Source: Isurus oxyrinchus
Taxonomy: Eukaryota
Length of the DNA stretch: 64,000 bases
Reading direction: 5' to 3'
Assembly (NCBI GenBank): GCA_026770705.1
Contig: JANJGN010000021.1
Location: forward strand, 117,986,001 to 118,050,000
Both the position numbers and the translations under genes were made by a program. The notes under the pieces were generated by a model. That model saw only the letters and a program-made list of their open reading frames with translations. It was not told the DNA's origin and made no database searches. This document shows, piece by piece, positions 27,601 through 40,400 of the stretch. The first letter of the stretch is position 1. Every line of letters starts with the position of its first letter.

Positions 27601-30600
27601 CTCCACGTCTACATTGTCTATCCCCTTTAGCATCGTATATACCTCAATTAGATCTCCTCTCATCCTTCTAAACTCTAGCGAGTATAGGCCTAAACTGCTC
27701 AATCTCTCCTCATAAGACAAGCCCCACATCTCTGGAATCAATCTAGTGAACCTCCTCTGAACCGCCTCCAATGCAACCACACCCTTGACATCAAGGCAGC
27801 ATTTGACCGAGTGTGACATCAAGGAGCCCTAGCAAAACTGGAGTCAATGGGAATCAGGGGGAAAACTCTCCACAGGTTGGAGTCATACCCAGCACAAAGG
27901 AAGATGGTTGTGGTTGTTGGAGGTCAGTCATCTCAGCTCCAGGACATCACTGGAGTTCATGAGGGGAGTGTCCTCGGCCCAACCATCTTCAGCTGCTTCA
28001 TCAATGACCTTCCTTCCATCATAAGGTCAGAAGTGGGGATGTTCGCTGATGATTGCACAATGCTCAGCACCATTCACGGCTCCTCAGATACTGAAGCAGT
28101 CCATGTCCAAATGCAGCAAGACCTGGACAATATCCAGGCTTGGGCTGGCAAGTGGTAAGTGACATTTGCGCCACCATCTCCAACAAGAGAGAATCTAGCT
28201 ATCGCCCCTTGACAGTCAATGGCATTCCCATCACTGAATCCCCCACTGTCAACATCCTGGGGGTTACCATTGACCAGAAACTGAACTGGACCAGCCATAT
28301 AAATAGAGTGGCTACAAGAACAGGTCAGAGCTGGGAATCCTGTGATGAGTAACTCACGTCCTGACTCCCCAAAGCCTGTCCACCATCTATAGGCACAAGT
28401 CAGGAGTGTGATGGAATACTCTCCACTTGCCTGGATGAATGCAGCTCCAACAGCACTCAAGAAGTTTGACACTGTCCAGGACAAAGCAGCCCCGCTTGAT
28501 TGGCACCCCATCCACAAACATTCACTCCCTCCACCACCGACACACAGTGACAGCAGTGTGTGTACCACCTACAAGATGCACTGCAGGAATTCACCAAGGC
28601 TGCCTCAACAGCACCTTTCAAACCCATGACTGCTACTATCTAGAAGGACAAGGACAGCAGACACATGGGAACACCACCACCTGGAAGTTCCCCTCTAAGT
28701 CACTTACCATCCTGACTTGGAAATATATCACCGTTCCTTCACTGTCGCTGGGTCAAAATCATGGAACTCCCTCCCTAACAGCACTGTGGGTGTACCTACA
28801 CCACATGGACAAAATCCTGGAACTCCCTCCCTAAAAGCACTGTGGGTGCACCTACACCACACGGACAAAATCCTGGAACTCCCTCCCTAACAGCACTGTG
28901 GGTGTACCTACACCACACGGACAAAATCCTGGAACTCCCTCCCCAACAGCACTGTGGGTGTACCTACACCACACGGACAAAATCCTGGAACTCCGTCCCT
29001 AATAGCACTGTGGGTGTACCTACACCACATGGACAAAATCCTGGAACTTCCTCCCTAACAGCACTGTGGGTGTACCTACACCACATGGACAAAATCCTGG
29101 AACTCCCTCCCTAACAGCACTGTGGGTGTACCTACACCACATGGACAAAATCCTGGAACTCCCTCCCTAACAGCACTGTGGGTGTACCTACACCACATGG
29201 ACAAAATCCTGGAACTCCCTCCCTAACAGCACTGTGGGTGTACCTACACCACACAGACAAAATCCTGGAACTCCCTCCCTAACAGCACTGTGGGTGTACC
29301 TACACCACATGGACAAAATCCTGGAACTCCGTCCCTAACAGCACTGTGGGTGTACCTACACCACATGGACAAAATCCTGGAACTCCCTCCCTAACAGCAC
29401 TGTGGGTGTACCTACACCACATGGACAAAATCCTGGAACTCCCTCCTTAACAGCACTGTGGGTGTACCTACCCCACATGGACAAACTCCTGGAACTCCCT
29501 CCCTAACAGCACTGTGGGTGTACCTACACCACATGGACAAAATCCTGGAACTCCCTCCCTAACAGCGCTGTGGGTGTACCTACACCACATGGACAAAATC
29601 CTGGAACTCCCTCCCTAACAGCACTGTGGGTGTACCTACACCACACGGACAAAATCCTGGAACTCCCTCCCTAACAGCGCTGTGGGTGTACCTACACCAC
29701 ACGGACAAAATCCTGGAACTCCCTCCCTAACAGCACAGTGGGTGTACCTATACCACACAGACAAAATCCTGGAACTCCCTCCCTAACAGCGCTGTGGGTG
29801 TACCTACACCACACGGACAAAATCCTGGAACTCCCTCCCTAACAGCGCTGTGGGTGTACCTACACCACACAGACAAAATCCTGGAACTCCCTCCCTAACA
29901 GCACTGTGGGTGTACCTACACCACATGGACAAAATCCTGGAACTCCCTCCCTAACAGCACTGTGGGTGTACCTACACCACATGGGACAAAATCCTGGAAC
30001 TCCCTCCCTAACAACACTGTGGGTGTACCTACACCACACGGACAAAATCCTGGAACTCCCTCCCTAACAGCACTGTGGGTGTACCTACACCACATGGACA
30101 AAATCCTGGAACTCCCTCCCTAACAGCACTGTGGGTGTACCTACACCACATGGACAAAATCCTGGAACTCCCTCCCTAACAGCACTGTGGGTGTACCTAC
30201 ACCACATGGACAAAATCCTGGAACTCCCTCCCTAACAGCACTGTGGGTGGACCTACACCACACGGACAAAATCCTGGAACTCCCTCCCTAACAACACTGT
30301 GGGTGTACCTACACCACACGGACAAAATCCTGGAACTCCCTCCCTAACAGCACTGTGGGTGTACCTACACCACATGGACAAAATCCTGGAACTCCCTCCC
30401 TAACAGCACTGTGGGTGTACCTACACCACATGGACAAAATCCTGGAGCTCCCTCCCTAACAGCACTGTGGGTGTACCTACACCACATGGACAAAATCCTG
30501 GAACTCCCTCCCTAACAGCACTGTGGGTGTACCTACACCACATGGACAAAATCCTGGAACTCCCTCCCTAACAGCACTGTGGGTGGACCTACACCACATG

Positions 30601-33600
30601 GGACAAAATCCTGGAACTCCCTCCCTAACAGCACTGTGGGTGTACCTACACCACATGGACAAAATCCTGGAATTCCCTCCCTAACAGCACTGTGGGTGGA
30701 CCTACACCACACGGACAAAATCCTGGAACTCCCTCCCTAACAACACTGTGGGTGTACCTACACCACATGGACAAAATCCTGGAACTCCCTCCCTAACAGC
30801 ACTGTGGTTGTACCTACAGCACACGGACAAAATCCTGGAACTCCCTCCCTAACAGCACTGTGGGTGTACCTACACCACATGGACTGCAGCGGTTCAAGAA
30901 GGCAGCTCACCACCACCTTCTCAAGGATAACTAGGGATAGGCATTAAATGCTGGCCCAGCCAGCGATGTTACATGAATTTTACAAAATGCAGTCCATCAG
31001 GTCCAGGGACCTTGTCAGTGTCTCATAATCTCGATTATTTTATGTTGTTCATTCCCCTTTGCCCCTTAATTTTCTGTTGTTATTATGAGGTCCTTTTAGT
31101 GTCTTCTATCATGAAGGCAGATACAAAGACTCTGCTACATCCTTGTTGGCAATTATTAATTCCCCAGTCTCATCCCCTAAGGAAGCAATACTCACTTCAG
31201 CTACTCTCTTCGTTTTTATATCCTTGTAGAAGCTCCTACTGTCTGATTTTATATTTCTTGCTAATTACTGGCTAATCTGCGCTCTCTGATTATAAATCCT
31301 CTTGCCACTAGAAATATCTATTCTTTAAACTCCTCACAAAATCATAAAACGGAATAATTGAAGGGAGGGAATGACATAGCATCAGGTTACTACAGAACGT
31401 AGGAATTGCTGGATACGGACAAGGAAGGCTCATCTCGTTCACCTTCTATCAGGATTGTCGCATGTTACAATGAGAATGGAATTGCTAATTAATCATAGCA
31501 ATCGACCTCTATCAATTAATCTACAACAGGCCCGAACAGTGATGGACAGCTTGAGGAACTCTTAAGTTCAATGTCACTGTTCCTGCTACTTACGATGTAT
31601 GCCAAGTAAGAGCAGGACATTGAAGGGAGTTGGGCCATGGGTTAGATATAGGAGGCTCAGTCAGCGGGAACCCTCGGTTCATGATACCTGATGTCTGGTG
31701 TGGGGAGGTGTCCTCTGCTCCTCTGGGGCCCGAGGTGACCCGATGGACACTGGCCACATTGAATGAATAATCAAAAGTCTGAAGGTGGCTGCAAAACCAG
31801 GTGCTGGAGTGGTAGGCGGGTGTCCTTTCATCCTCAGTCAGGTGAGTGGCCCAGATCACACTGGACTCTTGCGGGGAGTACTTATTAATCTCACAGTGCG
31901 GCTTTTTACTTGAATTTCGAGGCTGTTTGAAACCGGGGTGAGCAGTAATTCTTGAATAATCTGTTGAGTGAAAAAGAGGTAGAGAAGAGGAAAACAAGTA
32001 TATGAATTAATTGGGTAATTGTACATTTCACTCCAAGAAGCATTCCGTGTCAGATGGGACGGTCAAACACTGGTGCACTAAAGCATTCTTCTGAGGCCAG
32101 GAATTACACTGAATGGCTGTTGCACAGAAGAGGAAGGGAAGATACTCCATACTTAACCCATGCTAGGAGAGACAAGCGAGGAGATAGCAGGGGCGCTGGC
32201 AATCATTTTCAATACCTCTCTGGCCACAGGAGAGGTGCTAGTGGACTAGAGGACAGCCAATGTGGTACCGTTATTCAAGAAGGGAGGAAGGGATAAACCA
32301 GGGAACTACAGGCCAGTCAGTCTAACCTCAGTGGTGGGGAAACTATTGGAAGCAATTCTGAGGGACAGAATTAATCTACACTTGGAGAGGCAGGGGTTAA
32401 TCAAGGACAGTCAGCATGGTTTTGTTAAGGGGAGGTCATGTCTGACCAATTTGATTGAATTTTTTGAAGAGGTGACCAGGCGTGTAGATGAGGGCAATGC
32501 ATTTGATGTAGTCTGCTTGGACATCAGCAAGGCTTTTGATAAAGTCCCACATGGGAGACTGATAACGAAGGTAAGAGCCCATGGGATCCAAGGCAATTTG
32601 GCAAATTGGATCTGGAATTGGCTGAGTGGCAGGAAGCAGAGGGTGATGGTCGAGGGGTGTTTTTGTGACTGGATGCCTGTGTCCAGTGGAGTTCCACAGG
32701 GATCGGTGTTGGGTCCCTCGCTGTTTGTGGTATATATAAACGATTTAGACTTGAATGTAGGAGGGTTGATCAGTAAGTTCACGGATGACCCGAAAATTGT
32801 TGGGGTGGTAAATAGTGAGGAGGATAGCCTTAGATTACAGGAGGATATAGACGGGCTGGTCAGTGGCAAATGGAATTTAATCCGGATAAGTGTGAGGTGA
32901 TGCACTTGGGCAGGACAAACAAGGCACGGGAATACACGATGAACGGTAGGACCCTGGGAAGTACCAAGGATCAGAGGGACCTTGGTGTGCATGTCCACCA
33001 GTCCCTTAAGGTAGCAGGACAGGTAGATAAGGTGGTTAAGAAGACATATGGGATACTTGCCTTTATTACCTGAGGCATAGAATACAAGAGCAGGGAGGTT
33101 ATGCTGGAACTGTATAAAACACTGGTTAGGCCACAGCTGGAGTATTGTGTGCAGTTCTGGAATCCGCATTATAGGAAGGATGTGATTGCTCTAGAGACAG
33201 AGCAGAGGAGATTTACCAGGATGTTGCCTGAGCTGGAGAGTTTGAGTTATGAGGAGAGATTGGATAGACTGGGGTTATTTTCCTTGGAGCAGAGGAGATT
33301 GAGGGGGGACATGATTGAGGTGTATAACATTATGAGGGGCATAGATAGGGTAGAGAGGAAGGAACTTTTCCCCTTGGTGGAGGGATCAATAACCAGGGGG
33401 AATAGATTTAAGGTAAGGGGTAGGGGGTTTAGAGGGGATGTGAGGAAGAATTTTTTTCACCCAGAGGGTGGTGGGAATCTGGAACTCACTGCCTGAAAGG
33501 GTGGTAGAGGCAGAAACCCTCATAACACTTAATAAGTTTTTGGATGGGCAATGCCATTGCATACAAGGCTATGGACCTAGTGCTGGAAAATGGGATTAGA

Positions 33601-34409
33601 ATAGTTGGGTACTTGTTTTGACCGGTACAGACTCGATGGGCCGAAGGGCCTTTTTCTGTGCTGTAGACCTCTATGACTCTATAACCAAGTGAAGGAATCT
33701 CAAACTGNNNNNNNNNNNNNNNNNNNNNNNNNNNNNNNNNNNNNNNNNNNNNNNNNNNNNNNNNNNNNNNNNNNNNNNNNNNNNNNNNNNNNNNNNNNNN
33801 NNNNNNNNNNNNNNNNNNNNNNNNNNNNNNNNNNNNNNNNNNNNNNNNNNNNNNNNNNNNNNNNNNNNNNGTGTGAGTGTGTGTCAGTGTGAGTACATGT
33901 GTGAGTGTGTCAGTGTGAGTGTGTGTGTGTGAGAGTGTGTGTGTGTGTGATTGTGTGTGAGTGTGTGAGAGTGTCAGTGTGAGTGTGNNNNNNNNNNNNN
34001 NNNNNNNNNNNNNNNNNNNNNNNNNNNNNNNNNNNNNNNNNNNNNNNNNNNNNNNNNNNNNNNNNNNNNNNNNNNNNNNNNNNNNNNNNNNNNNNNNNNN
34101 NNNNNNNNNNNNNNNNNNNNNNNNNNNNNNNNNNNNNNNNNNNNNNNNNNNNNNNNNNNNNNNNNNNNNNNNNNNNNNNNNNNNNNNNNNNNNNNNNNNN
34201 NNNNNNNNNNNNNNNNNNNNNNNNNNNNNNNNNNNNNNNNNNNNNNNNNNNNNNNNNNNNNNNNNNNNNNNNNNNNNNNNNNNNNNNNNNNNNNNNNNNN
34301 NNNNNNNNNNNNNNNNNNNNNNNNNNNNNNNNNNNNNNNNNNNNNNNNNNNNNNNNNNNNNNNNNNNNNNTGAGTGTGTGTGAGAGCGTGTGTGCGTGTG
34401 TGTGGGGGG

Positions 34410-34446
<37 letters not shown>

Positions 34447-37400
34447 AGAGAGAGTGTCAGTGCGAGTGTNNNNNNNNNNNNNNNNNNNNNNNNNNNNNNN
34501 NNNNNNNNNNNNNNNNNNNNNNNNNNNNNNNNNNNNNNNNNNNNNNNNNNNNNNNNNNNNNNNNNNNNNNNNNNNNNNNNNNNNNNNNNNNNNNNNNNNN
34601 NNNNNNNNNNNNNNNNNNNNNNNNNNNNNNNNNNNNNNNNNNNNNNNNNNNNNNNNNNNNNNNNNNNNNNNNNNNNNNNNNNNNNNNNNNNNNNNNNNNN
34701 NNNNNNNNNNNNNNNNNNNNNNNNNNNNNNNNNNNNNNNNNNNNNNNNNNNNNNNNNNNNNNNNNNNNNNNNNNNNNNNNNNNNNNNNNNNNNNNNNNNN
34801 NNNNNNNNNNNNNNNNNNNNNNNNNNNNNNNNNNNNNNNNNNNNNNNNNNNNNNNNNNNNNNNNNNNNNNNNNNNNNNNNNNNNNNNNNNNNNNNNNNNN
34901 NNNNNNNNNNNNNNNNNNNNNNNNNNNNNNNNNNNNNNNNNNNNNNNNNNNNNTGTGAGAGAGTGTCAGTGTGAGCGTGTGTGTCAGTGTGAGTGTATGT
35001 GTAAGTGTGAGTGTGTGTGTGTGTGTGTCAGTGTGAGTGTGTGTGTGAGAGAGTGTGAGTGTGAGTGTGTGTGTGTCAGTGTGAGCGTGTGTGCGAGTGT
35101 GTTTGTGTGTGAGAATACGTGCGTGTGTGAGTGTGTGAGAGTGTGTGTGAAAGAGAGAGAAGAAGAGAGATCATGGCTGATTCTATCAAGCTTGCTTCAC
35201 AGGTGTGCAGAAGATGTGCGAAATATTTACAAAATTCTTTACTTGAGGAGAGACGTATTAGCATTGGAGGCATTTCAGAGAAGATTCACTAGATTGATTC
35301 TTTGGATGAATGAGTTTGTCTTACCAGGAAACGTTGAGCAGGTCATTGGAGTTTCGAAGAATGAAAGATTCTGAGGGGATTGACAGGGTGGGTGACAAGA
35401 GGAAGGCTTCCTCTTGTGGGGGATTCTAGGACTAGGGGCACAGTTTCAAAATAAGAGATCTCCCATAGAAGACGGAGATGAGGAGGAATCTTTTCTTTCA
35501 AAGGATCATTAATCTTGAGCATTCTCTTTCACAGAGAGCAGTGGAGGTCGGGACATTGAACATATTCGAGGCTCAGTTAGGGAGATTTTTGATCGACAAG
35601 GGAGTTGAGGGTTATGAGTGGGAGGCAGCCAAGAATTAGGAGTTAAAGCCACAATGAGATTGAAAGGTGGAGCAGGCTCAAGGGGCTGAATGGCCACCTT
35701 CTGCTTCTGGTTCTGATGGTCAGTGGCTCAGTGTCACCTCACTCTGATGAAGCAAGAAACTATATTCTCTGAACAGGGAGGATTGCTTTTTTCATTATGT
35801 TTAAACATTGTTTTACTGTCCGATTCTGGAGAAGGAATACATTGAGATGATAAGGAGGCAATAATCCCTCAGTTAGGTAGAGGGCCTTTAGCTTACTCCA
35901 ATTGTATTAGACACTTGAGGTTGCTTGTCGTCTCTGAGGAACTCTCCACTGGTACAATGATTTAATTGGAAGCTGTGACAAGAGTCATACAGTTTGTAGT
36001 TTCAGGTTCAGGGAGGAACCAACTAAAGTGTGTACAACTCTTAGCAGTTCATACTGAGGGAAGATACAGACTGTCTAGTGCCCTGGGACAAGAGGGCTTA
36101 AAAATACTGTCAAGATCAGGCGTGGTCTCGTGTGTCCCAACATGATAATTATCAGCTTGCTCAGTCCACGGACACAGTTAGTGAGATAGGAACCTTGTGG
36201 GACAAGTGTGGGACAAACGATTACTTAATCCAGTCACTTCTACGTAACAAGCGTTTAGCACTCGACTGGCATTTTGGAATCTGCTGTCTTACCTCTCACA
36301 TCGAAGAACATGCCAGGCTTCAGCTCCGAGGCCAGGCCCAAATCCAAGGGCAGTTCTCGCTCCTCCCCATTTTGGTAGGGGACTTGGCGAAGGAGCAGGA
36401 GAGCTGGATCCTGGGTAATGGAGTTGGGGAAGCTGCCCTTTCCACCGCCTTCCTCCACAAACCAGCACTCCACCAGCGTGCCAAGCTCCAACAAACTGTC
36501 GCGGCTCATCACTGTGAAGAGAAAGAGGTGGCGCTTGTCAACGTTAGTGAACAGGGTGGCAGTACCTGGAGGACTGTGTACAATTTTGGCCTCTCTATTT
36601 AAGGGGGTATTTGCATTGGAAGCAGTTCAGAGAAGGTTCACTCGGCTGATTCCTGGGATGACAGAGGTTGAGTAGGTTGGGCCAATACTCATTGGAGTTC
36701 AACAGAATGAGAGGGGATCTTATTGAAACACAGAAGGCCCTGGGGGGGGTTCACAGGGTTGGTGCTGAGAGGGTGTTTCCCCCCATGGGGAGGGGGGGAT
36801 TCTAGAACAAGGGGTACAGTTTCAGAATAAGAGGCCTCCCATTTAAGAGGGAAATGAGGAGGAATCTCTCTTCTCAGGGGGCTGTTAGTGTCTGGAATTC
36901 TCTCCCTCAGGGAACAGTGGAGACTGGGTCACTGAATATATTCAAGGCCGAGTTAGATAGATTTTTGATCGACGAGGGACTCGAGGGTTATGAGGGGCGG
37001 TGCAGACAGGAAAGTGGAGTTAAGGCCACAGTCAGATCAGCCATTATCTTAGTGAATGGAGGAGCAGACCCAAGGGGCCTACTCCTGCTCCTATCTTATG
37101 ATCATTGTACCAATTCTAATCTCGATTCAAAACGATTCCCTTCCTCATCTCCAAAGTGCAGTTTAAGCTGAAATGTGGTGCTTCCTCCCCATTGCCAGTG
37201 ATGGCTACACTCCCAGTGTCCAGTCCCGCAACCCTCCGAGATACCTGCGCTCCTCGAATTCTGGCCTATTGTACATCCTGCTTTAATCACTCCTCTGTGG
37301 GTGGCCACGCCTTCAGTTCCCTGGGCTCCAAGCTCTGGAATTCCCTCTCTAAACCTCTCTGCCTCTCTACCTCACTCTTTTAAAACTCTCCGGAAAACCA

Positions 37401-40400
37401 CCCTATTTCACCAGGCTTTTGGTCAGCTCACATAACATAGCCTCATGGGTCTCGGTGTCAGGTTATGTTTTATAAAGTCCCTGTGAAAAGCCTTGAGATG
37501 TTTTGATATGTTAAAGGCACTGTATATAACGCATATAAGATGTTAGTGATGTTATCGTCTAGTCAAACACCACCTGTACACATATTTCTGAAGAGAGACA
37601 TGTTGCAAAAGCCTCACAAGGTTGCCAGGTTTCAAACGATCACAACAGCTGGTACCACTGGGGAAGAGGCTGCTGATTGGTTAACATCAAGTCCAATCCC
37701 GCACTCTCGAGATTGTCCCGATACGTGTGAGGTGAGAAAGCTTTGGCAGCATGTTCTCCTTTCAGCAATATTCAAGATTGGTACTGTTTCTGCACAAGCA
37801 GATTAAACATGTTTCACACTGGAAACCCCATGTCCATTTTATAACGCTAATTCTCCATGTAATCATGTCACGCTTGAACCACGCCTTAATAGTTAAGGAC
37901 CAGCACTGCCACCACCGGTCAGACGGTCTCATTACAGGCTGACATGTGAAACACATCCAGAACTGTGAGTAACACTGTGGAATGCTGTCATAGGGCATGT
38001 TCATCACTTCAATGTGGCCAGAGGATGCCAAAAATAACTAGAACGAAATTGTGTGCATTAAGAGGTCATTGCTTACATCAGGAGTCTGCCGATGGCTCAA
38101 TATGGAGAGCAGGTCCAAGGAAGTGTGTCAGTATTTACAGGGGAGTCCCTGGGGAGTGTGTCAATATTTACAGGGGGTCCCCGGGGAGTGTGTCAGTATT
38201 TACAGGGGTCCCCCGGGAGTGTGTCAGTATTTACAGGGGGTCCCCGGGGAGTGTGTCAGTATTTACAGGGGAGTCCCCGGGGATTGTGTCAGTATTTACA
38301 GGGGAGTCCCCGGGGAGTGTGTCAGTATTTACAGGGTATCCCCGGGGAGTGTGTCAGTATTTACAGGGGTTCCCCGGGGAGTGTGTCAGTATTTACAGGG
38401 GGGTCCCCGGGGAGTGTGTCAGTATTTACAGGGGGTCCCCAGGGAGTGTGTATTTACAGGGGTCCCCGGGGAGTGTGTCAGTATTTACAGGGTATCCCCG
38501 GGGAGTGTGTCATTATTTACAGGGGTTCCCTGGGGAGTGTGTCAGTATTTACAGGGGGGTCGCCGGGAAGTGTGTCAGTATTTACAGGGGGTCCCCAGGG
38601 AGTGTGTCAGTATTTACAGGGGGTCCCCGGGGAGTGTGTCAGTATTTACATGGGGTCCCCAGGGAGTGTGTCAGTATTTACAGGGGGTCCCCGGGGAGTG
38701 GTCAGTATTTACAGGGGTTCCCCGGGGAGTGTGTCAATATTTACAGGGGAGTCCACGGGAAGTGTGTCAGTATTTACAGGGTGTCCCCGGGGAGTGTGTC
38801 AATATTTACAGGGGAGTCCCCGGGGAGTGTGTCAGTATTTACAGGGGGTCCCCAGGGAGTGTGTCAGTGTTTACAGGGGGTCCCTGGGGAGTGTGTCAGT
38901 ATTTACAGGGGGTCCCCGGGGAGTGTGTCAGTATTTACAGGAGGCCCCCAGGGAGTGTGTCAGTATTTACAGCGGGTCCCCGGGGAGTGTGTCAGTATTT
39001 ACAGGGGGTTCCTGGGCAGTGTGTCAGTATTTACAGCGGGTCCCCAGGGAGTGTGTCAGTATTTACAGGGGGTCCCCGGGGAGTGTGTCAGTATTTACAG
39101 GGGGTCCCCGGGGAGTGTGTCAGTATTTACAGGGGGTCCCCGGGCAGTGTGTCAGTACTTAGAGGGGTCCCGGGGAATGTGTCTGTATTTACAGGGGGTC
39201 CCGGGGAGTGTGTCAGTATTTACAGGGGGGACCACAGAGAATGTGTGAGTATTTACAGGGGGGTCCCCAGGGAGTGTGTCAGTGTTTACAGGGGGCCCCG
39301 GGGAGTGTCTCAGTATTTACAGGGCTCCCCGGGGAGTGTGTCAGTATTTAAATGGGGTCCCAGGGGAGTGTGTCAGTACTTACAGGGGGTCCCGGTGAGT
39401 GTGTCAGTATTTACAGGGGGTCCCAGGGGAGTGTGTCAGTATTTACAGGGGGGACCGCGGAGAATGAGTGAGTATTTACAGGGGGGTCCCCAGGGGGTAT
39501 GTCAGTTTTTACAGGGAGCCCCGGAGAGTGTCTGAGTAATTTACAGGGCTCCCCAGGGAGTGTGTCAGTATTTACATGGGGTCCCCGGGAAGTGTGTCAG
39601 TATTTACAGGGAGCCCCCGGGGAGTGTGTCAGTATGTACAGGGCGTTCCCGGGGAGTATATCAGTGTTTACAGGGGGCCCCCGGGGAGTGTGTCAGTATT
39701 TACAAGGGGTTCCCGGGGAGTGTGTCAGTATTTACAGGGGGGACCGCGGAAAATGTGTCAGTATTTACGGGGGGACCGCGGAGAATGTGTCAGTAATTAC
39801 AGGGGGGTCCCCGGGGTGTGTGTCAGTATTTATAGGGGGTCCTCGGGGAGTGTGTCAGTATTTACAGGGGGGGTCTCTGGGGAGTGTGTCAGTATTTACA
39901 GGGGGTCCCCGGGGAGTGTGTCAGTATTTACAGGGGGTCCCCGGGGAGTGTGTCAGTATCTACAGGGGGTCTCCGGGGAGTGTGTCAGTATTTACAGGGG
40001 GTCTCCGGGGAGTGTGTCAGTATTTACAGGGGATCCCTGCGGAGTGTGACAGTATTTACAGGGTATCCCCGGGGAGTGTGTCAGTAATTACATGGGGTCC
40101 GGGTGAGTGTGTCAATATTTACAGGGGCTTCCCCGGGGAGTGTGTCAGTATTTACAAAGGTTCCCAAGGAGTGTCTCGGTATTTTCACCGGTCTGCGGAG
40201 AGTCTCAGTATTTACAGGGGTCCCAGGGGAGTGTGTCAGTATTTACAGGGTGTTCCCGGGGTGTGTGTCAGTATTTACAGGGGGGTCCCCGGGGAGTGTG
40301 TCAGTGTTTACAGGGGGTCTCCGGCGAGTGTGTCAGTATTTACAGGGGGTCCCAGGGGAGAGTGTCAGTATTTACAGGGGGTCCCCGGGGAGTGTGTCAG

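Noticed and set aside
28755-30883. RSS-like array in the 56-bp VNTR (contains CACTGTG/CACAGTG)
   Set aside because: No nonamer-like sequence at 12 or 23 bp from the heptamer, and the unit is plain LINE coding sequence.
32262-33496. Intact reverse transcriptase gene
   Set aside because: 5'-truncated CR1 copy with frameshifts, stops and a mutated FADD motif (FTDD); not autonomous.
33689-35374. ORFs spanning N runs
   Set aside because: Artefacts of undetermined bases and TG microsatellite.
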